From an uncultured virus (IMG/VR IMGVR_UViG_3300023202_000179) (taxonomy: Duplodnaviria; Heunggongvirae; Uroviricota; Caudoviricetes): a DNA stretch of 20,000 nucleotides. The position numbers and the translations under genes are program-made. The notes below the pieces were generated by a model, which saw only the letters and a list, made by a program, of their open reading frames with translations, did no database searches and was not told the origin of the DNA. The stretch lies in IMG/VR virus record IMGVR_UViG_3300023202_000179. One strand, given 5' to 3'. Every line of letters starts with the position of its first letter. The first letter of the stretch is position 1. Shown in pieces: positions 7,461 through 14,714 of this stretch.

Positions 7461-8018
7461 ATGAGCAGTTACATCACACCCGAAGAGATCGAAACCGCCC
7501 GGAAGAGGGGAGCCTGCGAAGATGCTCTCGAATGGCTGGAAGAGGGTCCCCGAACGTGGGAGGAGGTGATCAATAAGTACGCCTACTGGCTTCTGGCGCA
7601 CGTCGCATATCACCTCACCCCGGAGAGACTCGATCGGTGTGCGGAGAGGTTCCCGTGGGTGGCTCTGGGGCACGCTGCCGATCGTCTCACCCCGGAGAGA
7701 TTCGACTGGTGTGCGGAGAGGTCCCCGTGGGCGGCTCTGCGGTACGCCGCTGATCGTCTCACCCCGGAGAGACTTGACTGGTGTGCGCAGAAGGAGCCGG
7801 GGGCCGCTCTGCGGCGCGCCGCTGATCGTCTCACCCCGGAGAGACTTGACTGGTGTGCGCAGAAGGAGCCGGGGGCCGCTCTGCGGCGCGCCGCTGATCA
7901 TCTCACCCCGGAGAGACTTGACTGGTGTGCGGAGAGGATCCCGTGGGTGGCTCTGCAGTACGCCTCCGATCGTCTCACCCCGGAGAGATTCCAATGGTGC
8001 CAGGAACAAACACGATGA
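7461..8018 (+). CDS. Tandem 24-aa repeat protein, paralog B (185 aa, 5 full repeats plus cap)
   Basis: GGAGG ribosome-binding site; same N-terminal domain and repeats as A; ends LTPERFQWCQEQTR. Confidence 0.88.
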   Translation: MSSYITPEEIETARKRGACEDALEWLEEGPRTWEEVINKYAYWLLAHVAYHLTPERLDRCAERFPWVALGHAADRLTPERFDWCAERSPWAALRYAADRLTPERLDWCAQKEPGAALRRAADRLTPERLDWCAQKEPGAALRRAADHLTPERLDWCAERIPWVALQYASDRLTPERFQWCQEQTR

Positions 8019-8305
8019 ACGACTACATCACACCCGAAAAGATCGAGACCGCCCGGAAGAGGGGAGCCTGCGAAGATGCTCTCGCATGGCTGGAAGAAGC
8101 TCCCCGGACGTGGGAAGAGGTGATCGAGGGGTACGCCGACTGGCTTCTGGTGCACGCCACCGACCACCTCACCCCGGAGAGACTCGATCGGTGTGCGGAG
8201 AGGTTCCCGTGGGTGGCTCTGCAGTGCGCCTCCGATCATCTCACCCCGGAGAGACTCGATCGGTGTGCGGAGAGACTAGGTTTGGTGTGGAAGCAGACAC
8301 GATGA
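8015..8305 (+). CDS. Tandem 24-aa repeat protein, paralog C (96 aa, about 1.5 repeats)
   Basis: ATG at 8015 in an ATGA overlap with B. The first 153 nt differ from paralog A at only 8 positions by hand alignment. Confidence 0.82.
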   Translation: MNDYITPEKIETARKRGACEDALAWLEEAPRTWEEVIEGYADWLLVHATDHLTPERLDRCAERFPWVALQCASDHLTPERLDRCAERLGLVWKQTR

Positions 8306-8336
8306 ACCAACAGAAGAAGACAAGGACAAAACCAAC

Positions 8337-8588
8337 ATGCAACAACAACGACATTTGAGGATCGCCGAACCGTACCCCCGGCTCGATACCCTGAAAACCC
8401 TCCTCATCTGCATCGCAGACAAGGACTATGAGATCCCGATCCGAGGGTGTACAGGTCTTTTGCGCAAGGCCGAAAAGATGGGGCTCGTCCGTCGGGAGAA
8501 ACCGGTGTGCGCGAACGGGAACGAGCGCAGGAACCCGGTGACTCTCACGAATCTGGGAGCATCCGTTATCTACAAGAAGGGGGAATGA
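8337..8588 (+). CDS. Hypothetical protein, possibly winged-helix-like
   Basis: 83 aa; LRKAEKMGLVRR...VTLTNLG resembles a wHTH wing. ATGA overlap with the next gene. Confidence 0.5.
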   Translation: MQQQRHLRIAEPYPRLDTLKTLLICIADKDYEIPIRGCTGLLRKAEKMGLVRREKPVCANGNERRNPVTLTNLGASVIYKKGE

Positions 8589-9184
8589 AGATGAAAGACA
8601 AAGAAATGCCGAAGGTGGGAGAGGTTTGGAGAAACACGATCATGGGGGTCGGGGAGCCCGTCACGGTCACAGCTTTTGGTCTCGATTACAAATGGAACCG
8701 CTCACCCGACAGGGTCCAGTTCAGAGACGCGAACGGCTACCTTGATTCGACCCCTCTGAACGTCTTTATGGAGGAATATGAGAAGTACAGTGACGTGCCT
8801 GAAAAGGAAACGGGGGATCTCCCCGAAGAGATGTCCTGCGAAGAGTATCGAAAGCGGGTCCTCGAACTCGACCGCGGAGGACCGTCCCAGTTCGAGCACG
8901 CTGTTGTGGGTCTCTGCTCTGAGGCCGGGGAGATCGCCGACCTATTGAAGAAAAGCTACACGCAGAAGGAGGGGGTGGATGGCATCGACGCATGCGATGC
9001 TCTCTCAGAGGGAGGGGATGCCCTATACTATCTCGACTTGTACCTCGCATCGAAAGGATGGACGATGGAGCAGGCCCGGCGGACGAATATCGCCAAACTC
9101 CAGCGCCGACGGATGGTTGGCAACGACCCGGAAGCCGAGCGAAAGATCTTCTTGGATGAGTTCAAGAAGAGAGGGTGCCGATGA
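8585..9184 (+). CDS. MazG-like NTP pyrophosphohydrolase with an extra N-terminal beta domain
   Basis: HAVVGLCSEAGEIADLLKK...SEGGDALYYL...NIAKLQRR is the MazG-like ExxE..ExxD signature. ATG at 8585 follows AAGGGG. Confidence 0.85.
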   Translation: MKMKDKEMPKVGEVWRNTIMGVGEPVTVTAFGLDYKWNRSPDRVQFRDANGYLDSTPLNVFMEEYEKYSDVPEKETGDLPEEMSCEEYRKRVLELDRGGPSQFEHAVVGLCSEAGEIADLLKKSYTQKEGVDGIDACDALSEGGDALYYLDLYLASKGWTMEQARRTNIAKLQRRRMVGNDPEAERKIFLDEFKKRGCR

Positions 9185-9360
9185 TTTACCATAGATTCGA
9201 GGGAGAGGCTCAAGCCTTCGGACGCAATCTTGATATCGAGTACGACGGGGACTCGCTGATCGTTCAAGGCATCAGCATCGAGGAGGCGTACCGAATCATC
9301 CGGGGGCTAGAGAACAAACCAACGATCACAGTGCTGAAACGAGAGGATGAAAGCGAATGA
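9175..9360 (+). CDS. Hypothetical protein
   Basis: About 60 aa (start 9175 or 9181); ATGA overlaps. Confidence 0.6.
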   Translation: MPMIYHRFEGEAQAFGRNLDIEYDGDSLIVQGISIEEAYRIIRGLENKPTITVLKREDESE

Positions 9361-9941
9361 GCAAAGAGAACTACTTCTTTTGGGTGGACTTGGAGACGAC
9401 AGGGCTCGACCCCAGACGGTGCGATGTCCTGGAACTCGCAGCGGTGATCACAGACTTCGATCTCAAAAAACTCGGGACCTATGAACGGGTGTACTACCAC
9501 GACAAAAACGAGCTTCGTGGGGTTGAAAGCGGTTCCATTTCCAAACACGTGCTAGATATGCACACCGAGAACGGTTTGTGGGACGATTGCGCCGCCGCCC
9601 CCACAGGCCCCTGCTGGCGGAGGGACAGGCAGTCGGAGATCATTGATTTCATTCACATCCACTGCGGAGACGTGAAACCTGTTCCTGCTGGTAGCAGCAT
9701 CCACTTCGATATGGGGTTCATCCAGGAGAACATGAAAGCGTTGTGTGGACATCTTCACTATCGCCGGTTCGACTGCCGAACCCTACAGACAGCGCTGGAG
9801 GGGTGGGGAGGGTGTCCGAAGTTCCCGAAGAAGGGCGCACACCGGGCGATGCCTGACATCCTTGAGACCCTCGACTATGCGAGGAAGATCAAGAAGATCC
9901 TTGGGGGGATGGACCGCAGTCGGTTCGGGAGCTTCCAGTGA
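9357..9941 (+). CDS. orn: Oligoribonuclease (DEDDh 3'-5' exonuclease)
   Basis: WVDLETTGLD, MHTENGLW, AGSSIHFDMGFI, LHYRRFD and HRAMPDI are characteristic Orn motifs. Confidence 0.88.
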   Translation: MSKENYFFWVDLETTGLDPRRCDVLELAAVITDFDLKKLGTYERVYYHDKNELRGVESGSISKHVLDMHTENGLWDDCAAAPTGPCWRRDRQSEIIDFIHIHCGDVKPVPAGSSIHFDMGFIQENMKALCGHLHYRRFDCRTLQTALEGWGGCPKFPKKGAHRAMPDILETLDYARKIKKILGGMDRSRFGSFQ

Positions 9942-10144
9942 AGCACAACAACGACCTGATTCAGTCCCTCGAATGTGCGCAGAGAGCTACATTCCATGTG
10001 TTGAGGTCCCTGGTCTGTGACTCCCGAGGGGATAAGACAGGACTGAGAATGTGCCACGCGATCTCGGCGAAAAACTACTTTGAAGATGGATTGACGTTCC
10101 TGAAACGGTGGATCGCACAAAAAGAAGAAAAGGCGGAGCCATGA
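9938..10144 (+). CDS. Hypothetical protein
   Basis: 68 aa; GTGA and ATGA coupling. Confidence 0.55.
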   Translation: MKHNNDLIQSLECAQRATFHVLRSLVCDSRGDKTGLRMCHAISAKNYFEDGLTFLKRWIAQKEEKAEP

Positions 10145-10293
10145 AAATCAAGTCCAAGTGTCCTCACTGTAAGGGCAAGAAATCCTTCAAGACCCGGAGG
10201 CAGCACCCCCGCGGTGCGGGACACACTGTTCCTTGTTCCAAGTGCGGAGGGTTGGGGCACGTATGGGTCGAAGGCGGCGAAGACGGCGAATGA
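10141..10293 (+). CDS. Small DnaJ-type zinc-finger protein
   Basis: MKIKSKCPHCKGK...CSKCGGLG; GGAG ribosome-binding site; ATGA overlap. Confidence 0.65.
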   Translation: MKIKSKCPHCKGKKSFKTRRQHPRGAGHTVPCSKCGGLGHVWVEGGEDGE

Positions 10294-10406
10294 CCCTGAA
10301 AGAGTCCATCGGCGTTACCCTGGTGATCGTCTTCGGACTGTGTCTGTGGGCTCTTGTCGCCCTGGTCGTGGCGTTCTCCGTGTTCTGGATGACAGGTCAA
10401 CCATGA
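10290..10406 (+). CDS. 38-aa single-pass membrane protein
   Basis: Hand translation MTLKESIGVTLVIVFGLCLWALVALVVAFSVFWMTGQP; ATGA overlaps at both ends. Confidence 0.55.
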   Translation: MTLKESIGVTLVIVFGLCLWALVALVVAFSVFWMTGQP

Positions 10407-10468
10407 AAAGCATCGATACCTTTGACGTGGCGCGGGATGAGAACAAGAAGTAACTGGAAGAAAAGTGT

Positions 10469-10648
10469 ATGAGCAAACACCGAGAAATTGCCAAGAAATG
10501 GCTCCCACACCTGACGGCTGCAGACTTAATTGGGGAGCTCCAGAAGAGGGGGCATCCTGGGTATGACGTACAAGTCCGTGAAGAAGAATCCTTACGCGAT
10601 CCCATGCTCATCGGCCCGGACGTAGCACGGGACGAGACCAAGAAGTGA
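10469..10648 (+). CDS. 59-aa hypothetical protein coupled to the recombinase
   Basis: Hand translation MSKHREIAKKWLPHLTAADLIGELQKRG...; GTGA overlap with the recombinase start. Confidence 0.55.
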   Translation: MSKHREIAKKWLPHLTAADLIGELQKRGHPGYDVQVREEESLRDPMLIGPDVARDETKK

Positions 10649-11625
10649 CGACTCGTCTGAAACGACGAGAATCGGTCTCCGCTCTCGTAGAATCGTCAAC
10701 GCAGGACGACATTGATACGTTCATGCTCGTCCTGCGGAACTGGCTGGCACCGCTGACCGATTCATCGCAGGCGGCGTACCATGCCTGCTTGATTGACTTC
10801 GCCCGTTTTTGGGGCTCAGACGAAACCCGTTCGGTGTTTGAGTGGGTCTGGCTTCCTGCGAAGGAGTCATACAAAGAACTGCTCGCGTACAAGGTGAACC
10901 TCAGCGAGCGGAAACTCTCTGCCCCCACGATCAACCAACGATTATCCTGCCTCATGTCGGTTTCAAAGGCGGCTTCCAAGGTCTTTGGGCATAACCCGGT
11001 CTCGATCGAGCTCCTCCACGTCCCTGAAAAGGAGGCGAGAGTCGTCAGCAACGCTCAGTGGCACGCTGTTGTCCGTCACCTACGACAGGAGCGTGACAGG
11101 GCGACCCCGGGGACCAGAGGCGAGATGCTGGCAGTGCGGATGCTGGCGATCGTCAGACTTTTGCGGGACGTTGGACTTCGGCGAAAAGAGGTGGTAGGTC
11201 TGGACTACTCGGATGTGGTCTATGCCGACAAGGTGCTGGTGATTCAGCCTAAAGGCCCCAAAGAAGTACGCAAGCGGCACCCTTGCGACGGTCGAGCTTG
11301 GGAGTGTCTTGTCGAGTGGATGGAGCTCCGAGGAGATGAGCCTGGACCGCTATTTGGGTTCACACACCTGTCCAACTTGAACAAGCTCGTCGGTCGGCTG
11401 GGGTCCGCCCTAGGCTTCGAACTCACCCCCCACATGTTTCGGCACAACGCTACATCTGCCGTCGAGATGATCGCTGATCGGGATATGGCGCAGACCTTCG
11501 CTAGACACGCCAGCCCCGTCACCACTGCAAAATACCTGCACAACAAACACGAAGAAGCGTTGCGAGAGATTCAGAGGAGCTTAGGAGAAGATGAAGAAGA
11601 AGACATCGGATCTGAAGAAGGGTGA
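10645..11625 (+). CDS. Tyrosine recombinase/integrase (XerC-like)
   Basis: Catalytic motifs GLRRKEV (R), K, TPHMFRH (HxxR) and ARHASPVTTAKY (H...Y); N-terminal LSAPTINQRLS core-binding domain. Confidence 0.92.
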   Translation: MTTRLKRRESVSALVESSTQDDIDTFMLVLRNWLAPLTDSSQAAYHACLIDFARFWGSDETRSVFEWVWLPAKESYKELLAYKVNLSERKLSAPTINQRLSCLMSVSKAASKVFGHNPVSIELLHVPEKEARVVSNAQWHAVVRHLRQERDRATPGTRGEMLAVRMLAIVRLLRDVGLRRKEVVGLDYSDVVYADKVLVIQPKGPKEVRKRHPCDGRAWECLVEWMELRGDEPGPLFGFTHLSNLNKLVGRLGSALGFELTPHMFRHNATSAVEMIADRDMAQTFARHASPVTTAKYLHNKHEEALREIQRSLGEDEEEDIGSEEG

Positions 11626-11863
11626 TCTCATTTACATTTACGAAGAGTGGAGGGAGGTGTGGAGTGTCGAACGGGACGGCGACTTGTATGCGGTCGACTT
11701 GATGGGTGCTCCACATACAACCGCGATCACCCACAAAGACATGCAGTGGAGGGTGCGCGAGATAGTACGTAAGTGGACGACCACCATCTACAGCGATGGC
11801 TTCATGTGGATCGGGGATGTGAAGCGCCGTAGGCTGAAGATCGAGAGCGAAGACGAGGGATGA
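11591..11863 (+). CDS. Hypothetical protein
   Basis: 90 aa; AGGAG ribosome-binding site; DLKKGDLI is a KOW/SH3-like start. Confidence 0.7.
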   Translation: MKKKTSDLKKGDLIYIYEEWREVWSVERDGDLYAVDLMGAPHTTAITHKDMQWRVREIVRKWTTTIYSDGFMWIGDVKRRRLKIESEDEG

Positions 11864-12192
11864 TGCGGGTGGGGACCGACAAGTTCCGGGAGTGGTGCCG
11901 CAGGCTGCGCCAGCTTTTCCCTTTGGATCGCCCGGTCCGAATCCGCCGCCTGAAGTTATCGGACAAGACCATGACCCGTTTCGGGGTAGCTTGGTCGGCG
12001 ATCGCCGACGACGGGTACGATATCGTGATCCACAAAGGGTTGGATTGGTGCTCGGTCTCTGACTGCCTGATGCACGAGTGGTGTCACCTCCGTCGGCATG
12101 AGGACAGCGATGGCGCTGCGGGGCACCTCCATGATGACGAGTTCTGGACCGAGTTCGGAAAGATTTACAGGACATTCCACAAGGAGAAGTGA
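11860..12192 (+). CDS. SprT-like HExxH metalloprotease-domain protein
   Basis: LMHEWCHL followed by GHLHDDEFW. Confidence 0.65.
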   Translation: MMRVGTDKFREWCRRLRQLFPLDRPVRIRRLKLSDKTMTRFGVAWSAIADDGYDIVIHKGLDWCSVSDCLMHEWCHLRRHEDSDGAAGHLHDDEFWTEFGKIYRTFHKEK

Positions 12193-12596
12193 TGAGCGAT
12201 ATCAAACGTAAACCGACTTTCAGCAACGACCTTGGCGATGACACGGTCGACCTCAGGATCCCCACCCATAGGCGGTGCTACATCATCGTCGAACCAGACC
12301 CGCTTCCAGACAAAGCGGGAAGCTTGTTCATCCCTGAGAAGCACCAAGAGCAACGCGAGCACCGCTGCTTGTTGGGGACAGTGCGGCAAGTGCCCGAGGG
12401 ACACTACAACGAACGCGGACGGTTGATCCGTCCCGACGTCGCGCCGGGGGACCGGGTCGTCTACGATCGCAACTCTGGGGCCGAGGGTGACCCCCTCGGG
12501 TACTACGGGGTGGCGTTGATTCCAGAGGAAGCGATTCTCCTCAAAGAGCCGCGAGACGATAGAGATCAAGACGGAGAAGTGGAGAAGATCGGATGA
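12192..12596 (+). CDS. GroES/Cpn10-like co-chaperonin
   Basis: IIVEPD..PDKAGSLFIPE (mobile loop), GTVRQVPEG...GRLIRPDVAPGDRVVY and IPEEAIL follow the GroES pattern. Confidence 0.75.
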   Translation: MSDIKRKPTFSNDLGDDTVDLRIPTHRRCYIIVEPDPLPDKAGSLFIPEKHQEQREHRCLLGTVRQVPEGHYNERGRLIRPDVAPGDRVVYDRNSGAEGDPLGYYGVALIPEEAILLKEPRDDRDQDGEVEKIG

Positions 12597-12931
12597 AGAT
12601 GCGAAAGAAGGACAAAGAAATTTGGGTCAAAGCGTTGCGCTCTGGAGAGTACAAGCAAGGGAGGAAGAAACTGTACAACGAGAAGACCGATTCATATTGC
12701 TGTCTCGGAGTGTGCTACGACGTCCTGTGTGACGGGGACTGGGTGCGCGTCGAGGAAGGCCACTGGGGCGTCCCTGGCTACGAAGACGGAATCAATTGTG
12801 GCTCCCTCGATGGATACACGTTCCGCCCGAGAGGACTATCCCTTGACAGTATTACAGGCCTCATAATGCTGAACGACATCGCGTGTAAAACCTTCGGCCA
12901 AATCGCCGACTATATCGAGGAAAAACTATGA
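12593..12931 (+). CDS. Conserved phage hypothetical protein
   Basis: WVKALRSGEYKQG...YCCLGV...LND...TFGQIADYIE, a pattern widespread in phages. Confidence 0.75.
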   Translation: MKMRKKDKEIWVKALRSGEYKQGRKKLYNEKTDSYCCLGVCYDVLCDGDWVRVEEGHWGVPGYEDGINCGSLDGYTFRPRGLSLDSITGLIMLNDIACKTFGQIADYIEEKL

Positions 12932-13296
12932 ACAAGATCGATCCCCTCAAAGACAGTGTGCAAGACCTGAAACCTCGGGGGAAGAAAGTCCCCATGTCTC
13001 TCCTCCCGTACCGTCCGCTGCGAGCCATCGTTGCAGCCTTTCACGACGGGGCGACCAAGTACGCCAAGGACAACTGGCGGAACCAGGGGGGGACTGACGA
13101 TTGGCGGGAGACGTACACGGACGCCTTGCAGCGGCACGTGAACGCGTTTGCCGATCCAGACTATCCAGATGTGGCAGACGATTCAGGTGTCCACCACCTC
13201 GCGCACGCAGGGGCGTGCGCCATTATCCTTCTCTACCACCTGGGGGCCGACTACGTCATCCCCAACAGCCTCAAGAAGAAAGAGCAGAACCAATGA
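12928..13296 (+). CDS. dATP/dGTP diphosphohydrolase domain protein (DUF5664-like)
   Basis: K..MSLLP, GATKYAKDNWR, DALQRH and DDSGVHHLAHA motifs. Confidence 0.82.
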   Translation: MNKIDPLKDSVQDLKPRGKKVPMSLLPYRPLRAIVAAFHDGATKYAKDNWRNQGGTDDWRETYTDALQRHVNAFADPDYPDVADDSGVHHLAHAGACAIILLYHLGADYVIPNSLKKKEQNQ

Positions 13297-13862
13297 GGTG
13301 CATCTACTTGGACATGGACGGGGTCATCGTGGACTTCGTTGGAGCAGCGCTGAGTCTCTACAAGGTTCCGCGAGAATCCCGCAAGTACGTCAAAGGGTGG
13401 GACGGGATCCCCGGGGTCGTCAGCGAGCACCACGGTGTCGAACTTGAAGACTCTCAGATGTGGGAGGACATCGCAGAGGCGGGTTCTGCCTTCTGGCGGG
13501 ACATCGAGTGGATGCCGTGGGGGAGGGAGTTGTACGAGATGTGCTGCTCGACAGCTCCGACGGTGTTGATGACCACCCCGACGGGAGCTCCGAGCGCGGC
13601 CGGGAAGATGCAGTGGGTCGAAGACCATATCGGTCCGACCGGAGGCAAGGACAAGATCCGCCTCTCGATGACCAACTGCAAACACCACTTCGCACGGGAC
13701 ACATCGGTGTTGATTGACGACAATACGATTAACTGTAAGATGTTCCAGGAGTACGGCGGGCACGCAATGCTGTTCCCGGCTCCCTGGAACGCTCACGGGA
13801 TCGTACCCAGCCATTCGTTCGCGTTGAACTACGTCAAAGAGTTTCTGGAGGAGTGGAAATGA
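13293..13862 (+). CDS. HAD-family 5'(3')-deoxyribonucleotidase (NT5C-like)
   Basis: ATG at 13293 (ATGA overlap); IYLDMDGVIVDF (DxDG), GKMQW, LIDDNTIN and PAPWN. Confidence 0.88.
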   Translation: MRCIYLDMDGVIVDFVGAALSLYKVPRESRKYVKGWDGIPGVVSEHHGVELEDSQMWEDIAEAGSAFWRDIEWMPWGRELYEMCCSTAPTVLMTTPTGAPSAAGKMQWVEDHIGPTGGKDKIRLSMTNCKHHFARDTSVLIDDNTINCKMFQEYGGHAMLFPAPWNAHGIVPSHSFALNYVKEFLEEWK

Positions 13863-13948
13863 GAGAAAGCATTCAGGAAGTGATCATGGTCGTGGCTTTC
13901 CTCTTTCTCGTAACCTCCGTCACGATTGCAGGGATCATCAGTAGGTGA
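13859..13948 (+). CDS. 29-aa hydrophobic peptide
   Basis: Hand translation MRESIQEVIMVVAFLFLVTSVTIAGIISR; GGAG ribosome-binding site and ATGA overlap. Ends 1 nt before the first 39-bp repeat. Confidence 0.5.
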   Translation: MRESIQEVIMVVAFLFLVTSVTIAGIISR

Positions 13949-13949
13949 G

Positions 13950-14086
13950 AAGTCGACCCGGAGACTCAAAACCCGGGAGTTTTCCTCGGCGCTGCGCAAC
14001 GCTGCGCATCGCTCCGCTGCGCACCGCACCGCTACGCTACGCAACGAAAGTCGACCCGGAGACTCAAAACCCGGGAGTTTTCCTCG
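13950..14086 (+). repeat. Pair of identical 39-bp direct repeats separated by 59 bp
   Basis: AAGTCGACCCGGAGACTCAAAACCCGGGAGTTTTCCTCG at 13950-13988 and 14048-14086. Can fold as GGAGACTC/GAGTTTTC (two G-U pairs) or CCCGG/CCGGG. Confidence 0.95.
13990..14044 (+). repeat. CGC-NN pentamer array 1 (11 perfect units); candidate guide RNA
   Basis: cgcTG cgcAA cgcTG cgcAT cgcTC cgcTG cgcAC cgcAC cgcTA cgcTA cgcAA. Confidence 0.92.
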
Positions 14087-14119
14087 CTGAACCTAACCAA
14101 ACAACGCAAAGCAGGACAA
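14085..14119 (+). repeat. Degenerate pentamer array 2 (NNC-NN x7) in the 5' leader of the RAMP-like gene
   Basis: cgcTG aacCT aacCA aacAA cgcAA agcAG gacAA: C at position 3 of all 7 units, abutting the AGGA ribosome-binding site. Confidence 0.6.
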
Positions 14120-14129
14120 AGGAAAGAAG

Positions 14130-14711
14130 ATGCGACAGTACAGAGCCAAACTCAAAGCCTTCTCCGACTTCTACTCACAGTCCCGGCAGTTCCCGGATGA
14201 GGATGAACTTGCGAAGGGGAATGACGAGAGCCACGACAAATACGCATGGCGCACTTGGCCCGAGAAGATGCACGTGACCGAGGACGGTTACGTCAAGATC
14301 CCTGGGATGGCGATCAAGCAAGCTATCGACGCCGCCGCGAAGGATTCAGGGGCGAAGATCAAGGGTCGCGGGAACAAGACCTGGGGCTCTCTTTTCCCGG
14401 GAGGTGTCATGGTCATGCGGGATGCGAAGACCAACATCAAAACCGATGAAGTCGAGCCAGGGGTGTACTGGTGCGACACAACTGGGCAGAAGGGTGACAA
14501 GTCTTCCCGACGGGTGCGCCGGGTGTTCCCGATGATCCCGAAGTGGGAAGCTGAGGTCGAATTCGTCGTAACGAACGACGACATTCCCGGGGAGAAGTTG
14601 CACGAGTATCTCAGCCGAGCCGGGATCCAAGTCGGTATCGGTAGATTCCGTCCGTCCAAGGGTGGGAACAACGGGATGTTTTTGGTCGAGAAGTTCGAAG
14701 AGATTCAATAG
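14130..14711 (+). CDS. Solitary RAMP/Cas7-like RNA-binding protein
   Basis: N-terminal beta strand (YRAKLKAFS); GYVKIPGMAIKQAIDAAAK resembles the RAMP IPGSSxKGxxR motif; RVRRVFPMIPKWEAEVEF; C-terminal Gly-rich loop AGIQVGIGRFRPSKGGNNGMFLV. No other cas genes in the window. Confidence 0.75.
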   Translation: MRQYRAKLKAFSDFYSQSRQFPDEDELAKGNDESHDKYAWRTWPEKMHVTEDGYVKIPGMAIKQAIDAAAKDSGAKIKGRGNKTWGSLFPGGVMVMRDAKTNIKTDEVEPGVYWCDTTGQKGDKSSRRVRRVFPMIPKWEAEVEFVVTNDDIPGEKLHEYLSRAGIQVGIGRFRPSKGGNNGMFLVEKFEEIQ

Positions 14712-14714
14712 AGA

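Larger units (their letters stand above)
6442..8307. repeat. 72-bp tandem repeat family in three genes, forming a large imperfect inverted repeat around 7215-7460
   Basis: The core CTCACCCCGGAGAGA recurs every 72 bp (e.g. 7614, 7686, 7758 on the plus strand, and in reverse across 6472-7061). 17 copies: 9 in A (one with a 1-bp deletion), 6 in B, 2 in C. Confidence 0.95.

Noticed and set aside
6372..8009. Long ORFs 6372-7331 (+) and 7374-8009 (-), and other alternative frames in the repeats
   Set aside because: These are antisense shadows of the repeat genes; the sense frames have SD sites and coupled starts.
6442..8307. 72-bp repeats as a CRISPR array or as DGR template/variable repeats
   Set aside because: The units are in-frame coding repeats with related rather than unique intervening sequence. 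Differences are not restricted to adenines, and there is no reverse transcriptase in the window.
8302..8358. A/C-rich tract as another pentamer array
   Set aside because: The C positions show no consistent 5-nt phase.
10645..11625. Recombinase as a prophage boundary or separate mobile element
   Set aside because: It is embedded in an operon with overlapping phage genes on both sides, and no att repeat or host genes are visible.
13956..13967. Similarity of ACCCGGAGACTC in the 39-bp repeat to the ACCCCGGAGAGACTC core of the 72-bp repeats
   Set aside because: The match needs gaps and is short and GC-rich; no functional link can be supported.
13950..14086. Canonical CRISPR array
   Set aside because: There are only two repeats, the 59-bp spacer is a periodic pentamer tract, and no cas1/cas2/cas6 is present. 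Reported as a non-canonical system instead.
13829..14277. ORFs 13945-14277 (+) and 13829-14044 (-) crossing the pentamer array
   Set aside because: They are low-complexity translations of a 5-nt periodic tract and overlap better-supported genes.
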